Below are positions 52,352 to 62,999 of a stretch of 64,000 nt of DNA, piece after piece. The notes under the pieces were generated by a model. That model worked only from the letters and a program-made list of their open reading frames with translations. It was not told the origin of the DNA and searched no databases. The position numbers were made by a program, and so were the translations under genes. The first letter of the stretch is position 1. Every line of letters starts with the position of its first letter. Origin of the DNA: an uncultured delta proteobacterium (GTDB taxonomy: Bacteria; Desulfobacterota; Desulfomonilia; UBA1062); assembly GCA_963752595.1 (NCBI GenBank), contig CAVVYZ010000008.1, positions 1 to 64,000 on the forward strand. Direction: 5' to 3'.

Positions 52352-54607
52352 TCAATTGAGAATATCAGCCAGAATGGACGAGAGCTCGTTCATATTGAAC
52401 GGCTTGTTCAATTTTGCAACGATGAGCGGATTGTTCAGAATTTCCTCTCTCTCATGCTCAAAGGAGAAACCGGATGAAATGATGACTTTCGTTTCAATGC
52501 CCTGCTTCAGCATCTCCTGGAGGGTATGATATCCATCGAGACCGGGCATAATCATATCAAGGATGATGATATCGAATCCGCATGTATCCGATTTTAGTCT
52601 TTCCAGGCATGTGTTGCCGTCGGGGGCGGTCTCTACTTCGTGCCCGAGGTGTTCGAGCATTTCTTTGCCGATATCGCGCAGCATGTCTTCATCATCGACG
52701 AGCATGACCCGTGCTCTCTGAATCGGGGGCCTCTCAAAAGATTTGTCCTCGATCACGGCACTTTTTCTCTTTGTCTTCGATACAGGCAGCAGGATGCTGA
52801 ACTGGGTGCCTTTCCCCTCCTCGGATTGCACCTTGATGCTTCCGCCGGAGTTCTTGACGATGTTGTACGTAATGGAAAGACCCAAGCCTGTGCCCTTGCT
52901 CGTGCCTTTCTGCTTTGTGGAAAAGAACGGATCGAATATCTTCGGGAGGATCTCCTTACTCATGCCGCAACCGTTATCCGTCACATCGATCCTGACATAC
53001 TTGCCCGTGACATCGAGCAGATACTGCCGTTTCAGGTTCTTATCCACGGTAATGGTCTGCGCATCAATCCCGATACGACCCTTTTGCTTGCCCCCGATTG
53101 CATCCTTGGAATTCACGATGAGGTTGAGCAGAACCTGGGTGAGCTGGGTATGGTCAATGTATACGAATAGGTCTTCACCAATATCGCAGATATCGAAGCG
53201 GATGCTCTTCGGCACCGATTTCGATGCCATGCCCATGACTTCCCGGATTACCTGGCTGATGGATATATTTTCGGGCCTGCCCTCGTTGCGTTTGGTGAAT
53301 ACCAGCATCTGCTGGATGAGGTCTCGCGCCCGGTCCGAGATCTTTTCCAGGGTTTCGATGTACCCGATCTGCTTTGATCTCTCCGTGGTAAGTTTCAGCA
53401 TGGCGAGGTTGCCGGATATCCCGGTGAGTATATTGTTGAAATCATGGGCAACCCCGCCGGCAAGTTCACCGATCGTCTCCATTTTCTGGGCATGGATAAG
53501 CTGGATTTCCATATGCTTCTTCTCAGTGATGTCTACGGCCGTGAAGACCACACCCCCGTGAGCAGGATTCATGAGCGGGTAGATGCTTACGTCAAAAACA
53601 TGGTTTGACGATACCGTCAGCGTCCGGTCGTGAAAGAACAGCGGCGACCGCTTCTCTTGTACTTCCTTGATCATCTTTTCAAAAGACTTCATCTCCAGGC
53701 TTAAAAACGATAACTCCTTCCCCAAGATCGAGAGGGGAGACCTGTGAAAGATCCTGCCCGTGACAGGGTTCACCATCTGGACTTTTCCCGATTTATCAAA
53801 ACAGATAATGACGTTCGGGCTTGATTCGAAAATGCTGTTGAGATGGTTGGAGAGGTCTTCGATCGTCTGTTGTGCCTTCTTCAGATCGGTAATCACCTGG
53901 GCATTATACTGTATCTCGACGATCTTGCCGGCCTTTTTGACTACAGATCCGCTGGCGAGCAGGTACTCCGTACTTCCATCCCTTCGCACCGCACGAAGTT
54001 CGAACCGGGGAGTCTTGCCTTCGAGGATTTCTTTCCAGAAATCGATGAAGAGGTCCCTGTCATCGGGATGCGCAATCAGGAGTATGGTCTGCCCGAGCAT
54101 CTCCTTGCGGGGATATCCCGAAACCTCTTCGACCTTCTTGTTCATCCTTTTGATATAGCCGCCCGAATCAGTGGTAATGATGATCTCGTTGGCGTTCTCG
54201 AACAGGGCCTCGAAACGTTCCCTGCTCTCCCTGATCTGCTCCTGAAGCCTTTTGCGCCGCGTGATATCCGAGACCAGGCCGCAGAATCCGATGGTCTTGC
54301 CTGCATCATTCCTGAGAAGGCTTACGGAATTCTCGACCACCTTTCTTTTGTCATTGGGAAGGATGATTTCGTACTCAATCCGCTGGGGGATGCCTGTCCT
54401 GAATACATCGTTGAATTTCTTGAAGACCTTCCTGGAAGTTGCCTTGCCGGTATATGAACTGAACTTCATCCCGATAAGCTTCTCTCTGGGAAGCTCGACA
54501 ATACCGCAGACGATATCGTTGATGTAAGTGAAGGCCCCGTCGAGGTCTATTTCATAATAGCCCTCTTGCATATCTTCGAGAATCTTCCTGTTCTTCTCGC
54601 TTGCCAT
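52352..54607 (-). CDS. Cytoplasmic multi-PAS hybrid histidine kinase
   Basis: Three PAS-like segments, AHDFNNIL, GTGLGL, receiver (VDDE, LDMIMP, KPF). Confidence 0.92.
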   Translation of the reverse strand: MASEKNRKILEDMQEGYYEIDLDGAFTYINDIVCGIVELPREKLIGMKFSSYTGKATSRKVFKKFNDVFRTGIPQRIEYEIILPNDKRKVVENSVSLLRNDAGKTIGFCGLVSDITRRKRLQEQIRESRERFEALFENANEIIITTDSGGYIKRMNKKVEEVSGYPRKEMLGQTILLIAHPDDRDLFIDFWKEILEGKTPRFELRAVRRDGSTEYLLASGSVVKKAGKIVEIQYNAQVITDLKKAQQTIEDLSNHLNSIFESSPNVIICFDKSGKVQMVNPVTGRIFHRSPLSILGKELSFLSLEMKSFEKMIKEVQEKRSPLFFHDRTLTVSSNHVFDVSIYPLMNPAHGGVVFTAVDITEKKHMEIQLIHAQKMETIGELAGGVAHDFNNILTGISGNLAMLKLTTERSKQIGYIETLEKISDRARDLIQQMLVFTKRNEGRPENISISQVIREVMGMASKSVPKSIRFDICDIGEDLFVYIDHTQLTQVLLNLIVNSKDAIGGKQKGRIGIDAQTITVDKNLKRQYLLDVTGKYVRIDVTDNGCGMSKEILPKIFDPFFSTKQKGTSKGTGLGLSITYNIVKNSGGSIKVQSEEGKGTQFSILLPVSKTKRKSAVIEDKSFERPPIQRARVMLVDDEDMLRDIGKEMLEHLGHEVETAPDGNTCLERLKSDTCGFDIIILDMIMPGLDGYHTLQEMLKQGIETKVIISSGFSFEHEREEILNNPLIVAKLNKPFNMNELSSILADILN

Positions 54608-54733
54608 GCCCTAACCTTCGAAGGTACAATCGGAAAAGAGGTAACAAAACTTAATATACCAGGATTTCTCACGATATGCTAAGGCAATCGTAGTTTACAC
54701 TCGATTTTTTCATGCCCGATAAGAGGTGCTCTC

Positions 54734-55645
54734 ATGGAACATGCTCAGACGGAGAAAATCATTGATCACATGAGCCGGATATTTCTCGGCCAGGACAGTG
54801 TGGTGAAATCCATCCTCTGCGCATTGCTGGCCCGGGGGCATATCCTGCTCGAAGGCGTACCGGGTGTGGGCAAGACCCTCATCGGAATGGCCATATCGCG
54901 TCTCTTCGACTTAAGCTTCAAACGGATCCAGTTTACGAATGATCTTCTTCCCTCCGACATAACCGGCTTCCATACGATCAGGAGTACCTCGGGCGAGTTC
55001 AACCTGGTGAAAGGCCCGATCTTCGCGAGCATCGTGCTCGCAGACGAGATCAACAGGACCTCTCCCAAAACTCAGTCAGCCCTGCTCGAAGCCATGGAGG
55101 AGCATAAGGTGACCATTGACGGCACAACCTATGAACTGCCCATGCCGTTCATGGTCATCGCAACGCAGAATCCCATAGAGGTCGTAGGAACGTTTCCCCT
55201 GCCGGAGAGCCAATTAGACCGCTTTCTCATCAAGGTAAGCGTAGGCTACCCGCCCCTGGAAGAGGAATTGCTGATCATTTCTCGAGGTATCGATCATACC
55301 GATGCGCTGAAGCTGGAACCGGTCATCGCGGGCGAGGCCATTGCCGCCATGATCGATCAGGTCTCCCGGGTCCTCGTTCACAGAGATGTCTTAAGCTATA
55401 TGACGTCCATCATCCGTTCGACCCGCAGCCAGGCAAATATCGAGCTCGGCGCATCTCCCAGGGGAGGTCTCGCCCTGAAAAAAGCTTCTCAGGCATGGGC
55501 ATACCTGGCCGGGAGAAACTATATCACACCGGGTGATGTCAAAACCGTTGCACCCCTGGTGCTTTCTCACAGGATCATCTCCAGGAACGGCGACCCGAAG
55601 GCGGTACTCGAGACCCTGCTCGATGAAATCGAAGTCCCTGTATAA
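54734..55645 (+). CDS. MoxR family AAA+ ATPase
   Basis: GVPGVGKT, RIQFT, DEINR, ATQNP, QLDRF, GASPR. Confidence 0.93.
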   Translation: MEHAQTEKIIDHMSRIFLGQDSVVKSILCALLARGHILLEGVPGVGKTLIGMAISRLFDLSFKRIQFTNDLLPSDITGFHTIRSTSGEFNLVKGPIFASIVLADEINRTSPKTQSALLEAMEEHKVTIDGTTYELPMPFMVIATQNPIEVVGTFPLPESQLDRFLIKVSVGYPPLEEELLIISRGIDHTDALKLEPVIAGEAIAAMIDQVSRVLVHRDVLSYMTSIIRSTRSQANIELGASPRGGLALKKASQAWAYLAGRNYITPGDVKTVAPLVLSHRIISRNGDPKAVLETLLDEIEVPV

Positions 55646-56546
55646 GCTTCTCAAGCCTCCGAGGGGCTTCGCCCTGACCAAGTCAGGCAAGATCTTCTTT
55701 GCCTTTCTCCTGGCGATCATCCTCATAGCCATGGCAACGGGCAATAACCTTCTTTTCCTCATCCTTGCGTGCTTTCTTTCGTTCATGATCGTTTCCGGTA
55801 TCGAATCGGAAATGAACTTGCGCCACCTGGAAGCTTCCAGAATTCTCCCTTCGGAGATCTACGCCCGGAGACCCGGGATAATTTCCTACCGGGTTCACAA
55901 TCCCAAGAGAAACTCCATCAGGCTTACCCTCTCGGACGGGTATAAAGTGAAGCTTCCGAGCGTACCCCGCGGGGTCCCGGAAAGTGTCCTGCATGAGAGG
56001 GTTTTTATGAAAAGGGGAAAATACCTCCTTGGAGAGATTTCACTCTTGACCACGTATCCCTACGGGCTCTTTGAAAAATCCATCACGTTTGACCTCGAAG
56101 ATGAAATCATCGTGTTCCCGGAGCCTGTTCCGTGTTTCCGTATCGCAACGTACGGGCCCTCGGGAGACTACAAAGGCAGCGAGCCCGACACCATATCCCA
56201 TGTGCGGCCCTATATGCCGGGCGATCCCTTCTCTGCCATAGTATGGAAGAAACAGAATCAGGGTCTGGTCTCACGGGTGGTGCAGGGCGGCGGCGGGGTA
56301 GGGTCCCTGATTGTCCTGCTCCCCGGCGGCGATATGGAGAAGAAACTCGGCATGGCCACCTACCTTGTTCTCGAACTGTGGAAGGCATCGTTATTGTTCG
56401 GCGTATCGGTAAATGGCTATTTCAGCGGCATAGGGGTCTCGGCGGACCATAAGATCGGGATCCTTCAAACCCTGGCCGGGATAGAGTCTATCAGGGATCC
56501 CGACCTGAAGGCATCTCCGGGCAACGAACATGTCATCGCTCTCTAG
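55623..56546 (+). CDS. DUF58 family protein
   Basis: TGNNLLF, YPYGLF, VRPYMPGD..IVWK; follows MoxR. Confidence 0.85.
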   Translation: MKSKSLYKLLKPPRGFALTKSGKIFFAFLLAIILIAMATGNNLLFLILACFLSFMIVSGIESEMNLRHLEASRILPSEIYARRPGIISYRVHNPKRNSIRLTLSDGYKVKLPSVPRGVPESVLHERVFMKRGKYLLGEISLLTTYPYGLFEKSITFDLEDEIIVFPEPVPCFRIATYGPSGDYKGSEPDTISHVRPYMPGDPFSAIVWKKQNQGLVSRVVQGGGGVGSLIVLLPGGDMEKKLGMATYLVLELWKASLLFGVSVNGYFSGIGVSADHKIGILQTLAGIESIRDPDLKASPGNEHVIAL

Positions 56547-58389
56547 GATCGCTCTCCTCACGACAGGCATATCCGCTGCAGGTCTCTTGTCTTTGAGCCT
56601 GGCAGGCCTCCTTGCCTGGCCGTTATTCATCCTTTTGCTGGGAGTGCATCTTATCGTTTGGAGAAAATTCGATGCCCCGGTACCCGTGACCGCGTCCCAG
56701 GTCACTGTCCTGACGCTCCTGCTCTTCACCTTCGAGCTCTTCAGGATTTCCCTGTACAGATGGGACATCGTCGTGCCGGCCTTGAGGGATGTCATTGTTT
56801 TTTTCGCTGTCGCCAGGCTTATCCTTCCCAAGACGAACAGGGAGATTTACCAGATAGTCGGCATCGGCCTTACCGAGTGCACCCTGTCGACGATCTTTAC
56901 CCAGAGCCCGCTTTTCCTCATCGGCCTCCTCCTCATGGCAGGCCTTATCCCCCTGGCCCTTTCCGACCTCGATGAAACGTCGTTCCCCATAAATACCCGA
57001 CGCAGGAAAAGCCTCCTGCACTGGCCAAAGGTCTGGGCCGGCATCTTCATTATCATGTGCATCCTGTTTTTCATCGTACCGAGGCCGTCTTCGACCCTCA
57101 TCAAAAACGGGGTCATCAAAGAAACGAAAACAGGGTTTTCCGAAGAAATCCGCCTCTCACGAAATGTTGCCGTCGAATCGGACAGCAACATTGTCATGCG
57201 GGTGGTATGGAGCCGGGGCAGCACGCCCGAGCTCTTCTACCTCGCGGGATCAAGGCTTGACACATTGACAAAAGAAGGCTTTACCAGGGGGGACCCGGTA
57301 CCGGTCAGTTTTTCTCCGGATGCCGGAGAATCCGACAGGCTCATGATCTACCCTGCAGGCCTCGACAGCCGGAATGTATTCTCCCCTTTCCATCTTACCC
57401 ACGTGTCGCCGGGCACCTGCATCCGCAAAGGCCCGAATCTGTACTGGACCCAGGACTCACCGCCTGCCTATGAGCTGCGGATAATCAGATCGGGGTCAAG
57501 CGACCCGTACGGCAGCAATGATGTGCCGGAAGAGCTTCATGACCTCGCGGATTTCAGCAGGAAGATTGCCGGAAGGGGTCAGCTCGACCTCAAGATCAGA
57601 CGTCTTGAAGCCTATCTGAAGGCTTCGTGCTCATACACGCTCGACGGCCTTCGGATCCCGCACGGCGTTTCTCCGATTCACTGGTTTGTCTTCGACGGCC
57701 GGCGCGGAAACTGTGAACACTTTGCCTCTGCCCTGGCTGCCATGCTCAGAGGGTGCGGGATTCCCTCGAGGGTCGTGGCCGGATTCCTCGTCCATGAGTT
57801 CAACGAGACGGGCGGGTACTTCATCGTGAGGGCTGACGATGCCCACGCCTGGGTAGAGTATCTCGCCGGCGGTACATGGCACGCCCTTGAAGCGACACCA
57901 CAGGGCGTTACGGCAGGGCAGAGGAGGTCAAGTGTCGTCGATGCATGTAAGTTCCGATGGATCAGATGGGTGATCCAGTATTCCCTCGAAGATCAGGTCC
58001 GCATTGCAACCGCCGTCTTCTTCAATCCTCACGACATCGAACATGAGGTGGGCTATGCACTCGCAGGATCGATGAGTGCGGCAATACTCGCACTGGTGAT
58101 ATGGCTCCTGTACTTCAAAACGGCAAAGAGTGATACCGGATTTTACCGGAAGGTGGTGCGGGCGATAAACAGCAAAGGCCTTCCGCTCGATCCCCGTGCA
58201 GCCCACGAAGAGCATCTGGAAAGGATCGCATCGAAGTGGCCGGCGCTGCAATGGCATTTCGGTATTTTCCTCAATGACTATCTGGCGTGGCGTTTCGGGG
58301 GAAGAAAGATCGACATCCGGGCAAGTACAGGGAAGATACTTCGTGAAATCAGAGGAAACCGTCCGCCTGCCGGCTTACACAGGAAATAA
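56530..58389 (+). CDS. Membrane transglutaminase-domain protein (TgpA-like)
   Basis: N-terminal TM segments, TGFS, GNCEHFA, HAWVE. Confidence 0.88.
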   Translation: MSSLSRIALLTTGISAAGLLSLSLAGLLAWPLFILLLGVHLIVWRKFDAPVPVTASQVTVLTLLLFTFELFRISLYRWDIVVPALRDVIVFFAVARLILPKTNREIYQIVGIGLTECTLSTIFTQSPLFLIGLLLMAGLIPLALSDLDETSFPINTRRRKSLLHWPKVWAGIFIIMCILFFIVPRPSSTLIKNGVIKETKTGFSEEIRLSRNVAVESDSNIVMRVVWSRGSTPELFYLAGSRLDTLTKEGFTRGDPVPVSFSPDAGESDRLMIYPAGLDSRNVFSPFHLTHVSPGTCIRKGPNLYWTQDSPPAYELRIIRSGSSDPYGSNDVPEELHDLADFSRKIAGRGQLDLKIRRLEAYLKASCSYTLDGLRIPHGVSPIHWFVFDGRRGNCEHFASALAAMLRGCGIPSRVVAGFLVHEFNETGGYFIVRADDAHAWVEYLAGGTWHALEATPQGVTAGQRRSSVVDACKFRWIRWVIQYSLEDQVRIATAVFFNPHDIEHEVGYALAGSMSAAILALVIWLLYFKTAKSDTGFYRKVVRAINSKGLPLDPRAAHEEHLERIASKWPALQWHFGIFLNDYLAWRFGGRKIDIRASTGKILREIRGNRPPAGLHRK

Positions 58390-59163
58390 TTACGGTGTAA
58401 GTATTATTTCCACCCGTCTGTTCATAGCCCTGCCGTCTTCCGAGGCGTTATCCGCGATGGGCTTGGTATCGGCATAGGATATGGCGCACATGGTTTCTTT
58501 CTTTATCCGCGCATCATTGAAGATCATGAGAACAGCCAAGGCTCTCGCGTGGGCCAGGTGCCAGTTGGTGGGATAGGCGCTCTTTGAATTCGTTACGAAT
58601 GTGCCGTCCGTATGGCCGGCGATCTCTATGGCTGACGGGGACAGCTGTTTGATCCCCAGGGCGATCTTTTTGATGAGCTTGGTGCCCTTGGGTGTCAGCC
58701 ATGCGCTCCCGGCAGTGGGAAAGAGAGTAGCCTGGGGGATGACTATTTTGATCTTGCCCTGGGCCCGGATGATGTAGATCTCGTCGCTCAGCCTTTGCGA
58801 ATCGAGGAAAGAGGTAATGTACTCGTAATCCTTGTTCAAGTATGCAACAGATTCTTTTTTCTCCTGACTTGTATTGCCGGTCTGGGAGATCTTTTTTATC
58901 AGGGCCTTTTTTTCCTCAAGGCACTGGATGTTTTTATCGAGCAGGTCCTGCCGTTCGGTCATCGCATCTGCAAGCATCTGGGCCGTCTTATCGAGCTTTT
59001 CCTGCATCTGGGCAATGTTCTTCGAGATGTTTTCGTTATTTTCTTTGACCGTCCGTGATTCCTGCGTACAGGCGTTCAGCTCGTTCACGACGCCCTGATA
59101 CTCATCCTGGCTGTACTTGTGGGCACACCCGAAGACAAGAGGTATGAGCAGGATCGGTAGCAT
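58390..59163 (-). CDS. OmpA/MotB-domain lipoprotein with coiled coil
   Basis: Lipobox-like VFGC, GHTD, NWHLAHARA, NRRVEI. Confidence 0.85.
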   Translation of the reverse strand: MLPILLIPLVFGCAHKYSQDEYQGVVNELNACTQESRTVKENNENISKNIAQMQEKLDKTAQMLADAMTERQDLLDKNIQCLEEKKALIKKISQTGNTSQEKKESVAYLNKDYEYITSFLDSQRLSDEIYIIRAQGKIKIVIPQATLFPTAGSAWLTPKGTKLIKKIALGIKQLSPSAIEIAGHTDGTFVTNSKSAYPTNWHLAHARALAVLMIFNDARIKKETMCAISYADTKPIADNASEDGRAMNRRVEIILTP

Positions 59164-59329
59164 GCGCAGATTGTTAGGAATCATCGAATCAAAAGCATAC
59201 TCGGTTCTTCCGGCACTGTCAATCCTCTGCATGGCGAATCTGAGGATATCGGCATGCACGAGCGGGAACAACCCTATGAAATGCCAAAGGGGTGGACAAT
59301 GCAGGATACTGTGATTATAATTCTCCGTC

Positions 59330-60393
59330 ATGATCATCCAGAAGTATATCCTGAACCATCTGGCCAGGCTCTTCCTTGGTGCATTGCTGGTACTCTACGG
59401 CGTGATGTTCATCGTTGAGTGGATACGCATAGGCCAGGTGATATCCAGGGATGATTTCGATATCTTCCTCATGGCGCTGATCCCCCTGGCAGTATTTGTC
59501 CTGCCGATGGCGCTCATCTTCAGCGTGCTCATGGCGCTGGAAAGGCTCTCGATAGAATCGGAGATCATCGCCATGCAGGCATGCGGCATACCGCGCCGCA
59601 CACTGTATACGCCGATCCTGATGATAGCCTTCCTGTGCCTTATCGTGCACTTGAGTATTTCCACATACCTCGGCCCGCTCTCCATGCAGAGGATACAGGA
59701 CAGGCTCGTTCAGAAGGCGCCGCAGAAGGTCTATGCCTTTCTCCAGGAACGGGAGTTCATCAATACGTTCAAAGGCATCACCCTCTACATCGAATCCGTA
59801 AACCAGAAAAAAAGAGGCTCGGCAACGTGTTCATCGAAACCAAGGGAAAGGATCATTCCATCATCGCTGCCGAGAGAGGGACTTTGGAGGTAAGGCCGTC
59901 AGGCATTCTTATGAAGCTTACCGATGGAAGCGTGTTCATGGAATCAAAGCAGATCTTACGGTATATAACTTTTGATGAATACGATTTCCTTCTTGAAGCG
60001 GATTTCAGCAAAAAATTGAACTTGCGTTCAACAGATGCGCTCACCCAGCAGCAGCTGAAAGATCAAATCATCAAGCAGGACAGAAAGCCCAAGCTCGTCA
60101 AAGAGTATTACAGCAGATTCGCATTCCCGTTCCTCAATATCATTCTTGCGCTGGTGGGACTTCAGTTCGGAATCCAGAGGCCGAGGTCCCCGCGCCATAC
60201 CGGGATTGTGTTCGGGTTCGGCGCTATCCTGAGCTATTATCTGCTCTTCCTTCTGGCAGACCGCCTCGTGAAAGCGGATACATTGAACCCGGTGCTGGGT
60301 GCATGGCTGCCGGACATCGTTTTTTGCCTTCTTCTCCTGAGCATATGGGCGATGAAACGTTTCCGTTTATCGAAGGGAGCCTCCGATTACTAG
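59330..60393 (+). CDS. lptF: LPS export permease LptF, frameshift in the A-run near 59810
   Basis: YIL.., LPMA..ERLSIESEIIAMQACG, C-terminal GAWLPD. Confidence 0.85.
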
Positions 60394-61471
60394 CATAATC
60401 CAAAATTATATCTTGAAGAAGGCCTTCTGGACGTCCTTTACGGCGCTTGCCGGCCTGGTCCTTCTCATGGTGATCTCCAAGCTGTTCGGAGATCTCACCA
60501 TGTTTGCGGAATACAACACCGGGTTTACAATCATCGCACAATACCTCGCATTGTCGATTCCCAAGATGATAACCCTTGTCTTGCCGTTCTCGGTCTGCCT
60601 CGGGATACTCGCGGCTCAGGCTGCTTTTGCAAGAAACAGTGAGATTATTGCCATGCAGGCATGCTCAATGCCGGTGGTGAAAATCTATACTCCCTATCTT
60701 ATCGTGGGGCTCCTTGCGACATGCCTCATGGCAGGCACGAGTTTCTATTTCTATCCCACGAGCCAGCGTGCAGCCGACAAGATCGAGAACCTCTCCATCG
60801 AGAAAGGTGCTGTGTCCGGATCATTCACGGTATCCGGCGGACGTTTCAAAGTAGGACCGGACATTTACGGCGTGGAAAGCCTCGACGTTACCAAGGGCAG
60901 CATGGAGAATGTCACCTGCTACCGGTTCTCTTCGGGGAAGCTCAGTGAGATCATCCGTGCAAAAAGCGCCCAGTGGGACGGAAAACAATGGGTCGCCCGG
61001 GACATGAAAATCATTGAACTCAGCGACAAGGGGATCTCCGAGCCCCGTGCTTCGTCGGTCCTGCCGCTTGCAAAAGAACCTGAAGATCTGGTCATGGCGC
61101 AGACAAACACCGAGGTGCTTTCGCTGCCCGAGCTACGCGAGTATGTTTTGCAGCTAAAAGAAAGCAGAACAAGATCGCCCTCTACCGAGACCCTTTATTA
61201 CAGCAGGATAAGCTTTTCCATCGCGCCTTTCATCATAAGCCTGCTCGTAATACCTTTCGGCATGCGGTTTCCCAGGGCAGGAGGTATTGCACGGGGGATC
61301 TCGACCGGCCTGATTCTGGGCCTGTCCTACTGGTTTCTCCATTCCGGCATGACCGAGCTCGGGGCAGCCGGCTACATGCGCCCTCTGATTGCCGCATGGG
61401 GGGCGAATCTCGCGGCGCTGATCCTAGCATTCGTCATTCTGGTCAGAAAGAGAGGTGCAATGTATGGCTGA
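60386..61471 (+). CDS. lptG: LPS export permease LptG (start uncertain: ATT 60386 or TTG 60413)
   Basis: RNSEIIAMQACS, AKSAQWDG, LSLPEL, AAWGAN. Confidence 0.85.
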   Translation: MTSIIQNYILKKAFWTSFTALAGLVLLMVISKLFGDLTMFAEYNTGFTIIAQYLALSIPKMITLVLPFSVCLGILAAQAAFARNSEIIAMQACSMPVVKIYTPYLIVGLLATCLMAGTSFYFYPTSQRAADKIENLSIEKGAVSGSFTVSGGRFKVGPDIYGVESLDVTKGSMENVTCYRFSSGKLSEIIRAKSAQWDGKQWVARDMKIIELSDKGISEPRASSVLPLAKEPEDLVMAQTNTEVLSLPELREYVLQLKESRTRSPSTETLYYSRISFSIAPFIISLLVIPFGMRFPRAGGIARGISTGLILGLSYWFLHSGMTELGAAGYMRPLIAAWGANLAALILAFVILVRKRGAMYG

Positions 61472-62804
61472 TGTGGTCATCATAGGAGCAGGTCCTGCAG
61501 GAATTTTTGCCGCCCTCGAGCTCACCAGGCATGCACAGGGGCTCGATATCGTTATCATCGAGCAGGGAAAGGACATCACCGAGAGGAGCAGAGCCGGGAA
61601 GGACATGCTCATCGGCTGGGGCGGGGCAGGGGCCTACAGCGACGGCAAGCTCACCATCTCCACCGATGTAGGAGGGCAGCTGTCCTCTTTGCTGAATGAA
61701 GAAGATCTCATCATGCTCCTCGAGGAGGTTGACCGGATTTATGCAAGCTACAACTCATCCGGAGGCGTATATTCCGTCGGTGCAGATGATGCCGACCTGA
61801 TCTCTGCCCATGCACGGCTTGCAGGCCTCGTCTATATTCCCACCAAAGTCCGCCATATCGGCACAGAGAACTGTTACACGATTCTCAAAGATATGCGGGA
61901 TGAACTGAGCTCCAAGGTCACCATGGTATTCAATACCAAGGCTTCTGCCATCCTGGAGCAGGATGGCAGGGTTACGGGCGTGAGGCTTGCAGACGGGTCG
62001 ATAGTCAGCACCCGCTTCGTCATCGCTGCGCCGGGAAGGGTAGGATCTTCCTGGATGTCGGACCAGGCAAAGAGGCTCGGCCTGGAAACCAGGCCCAACC
62101 CGGTCGATCTCGGCGTTCGGGTGGAGCTCCCTGCCGTGGTGCTGGAGCACCTTACCAAAAAGGCCTATGAGACAAAGTTCATCTATTACTCGAAGACGTT
62201 TGACGACAAGGTCCGGACCTTCTGCATGAACCCCTACGGAGAGGTCGTCCTTGAGACCCTTGAAGATATCCTTACCGTGAACGGACATTCGTGGGCAAGG
62301 ACGCGGACGGATAACACCAACTTCGCCATCCTCGTAAGCGCCGATTTCACCGAACCTTTCGACGACCCCATCGGGTATGGCGAGTCTGTTGCCAAGCTTG
62401 CAAACATGCTGGGCAAAGGGGTCATCGTCCAGCGACTTGGAGACCTCCAGTCAGGCAGGAGGACAAACCCGGCCCGGCTGCTCAAATGCACGACCTATCC
62501 CACGCTGAAGCAGGCCACCCCAGGCGACCTGAGCTACTGCCTCCCCTACAGGATCCTCTCGGACATCATGGAGATGCTCTCGGCCCTCGACAAGATAGCC
62601 CCGGGCGTAAACTCAGCCCACACGCTCCTCTACGGCATCGAGGTGAAATTCTACTCCAACCGCATCAGCCTCGACAACGGCCTCAAGACAGGGCTGGAGG
62701 GCCTCTACGTCATCGGAGACGGCGCCGGCATCACCCGCGGCCTCATCCAGGCAAGCTGCTCGGGGCTCATCGCCGCGAGATCGATAGTGAAAAACCTCTC
62801 TTAG
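61464..62804 (+). CDS. FAD-dependent oxidoreductase (COG2509-like)
   Basis: IGAGPAG, GGAGAYSDGKL, GVRVE, RTFCMNP, GDGAGITRG. Confidence 0.85.
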   Translation: MADVVIIGAGPAGIFAALELTRHAQGLDIVIIEQGKDITERSRAGKDMLIGWGGAGAYSDGKLTISTDVGGQLSSLLNEEDLIMLLEEVDRIYASYNSSGGVYSVGADDADLISAHARLAGLVYIPTKVRHIGTENCYTILKDMRDELSSKVTMVFNTKASAILEQDGRVTGVRLADGSIVSTRFVIAAPGRVGSSWMSDQAKRLGLETRPNPVDLGVRVELPAVVLEHLTKKAYETKFIYYSKTFDDKVRTFCMNPYGEVVLETLEDILTVNGHSWARTRTDNTNFAILVSADFTEPFDDPIGYGESVAKLANMLGKGVIVQRLGDLQSGRRTNPARLLKCTTYPTLKQATPGDLSYCLPYRILSDIMEMLSALDKIAPGVNSAHTLLYGIEVKFYSNRISLDNGLKTGLEGLYVIGDGAGITRGLIQASCSGLIAARSIVKNLS

Positions 62805-62999
62805 AGCGCGGAGCAAGGATATTTTATTCTCGACTCATCTGATAGAAGAAAAAAAGGCAAAAAAGATCAGCCGTTCTTTTTTGAAATTTCATCTATCCAA
62901 TACGTATTACCCGCGATTTTTTACTTGAATGTAAATCTTCATTTATACTATCGTCTACCTGTTTTCCAACACCTAATGCGAAAAGAGGGAGAGACTTTT

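Noticed and set aside
54734-58389. MoxR-DUF58-transglutaminase as a novel system
   Set aside because: Well-known widespread three-gene arrangement
59805-59816. Phase-variable poly-A tract in lptF
   Set aside because: lptF is normally essential and homopolymer miscalls are expected given the error pattern
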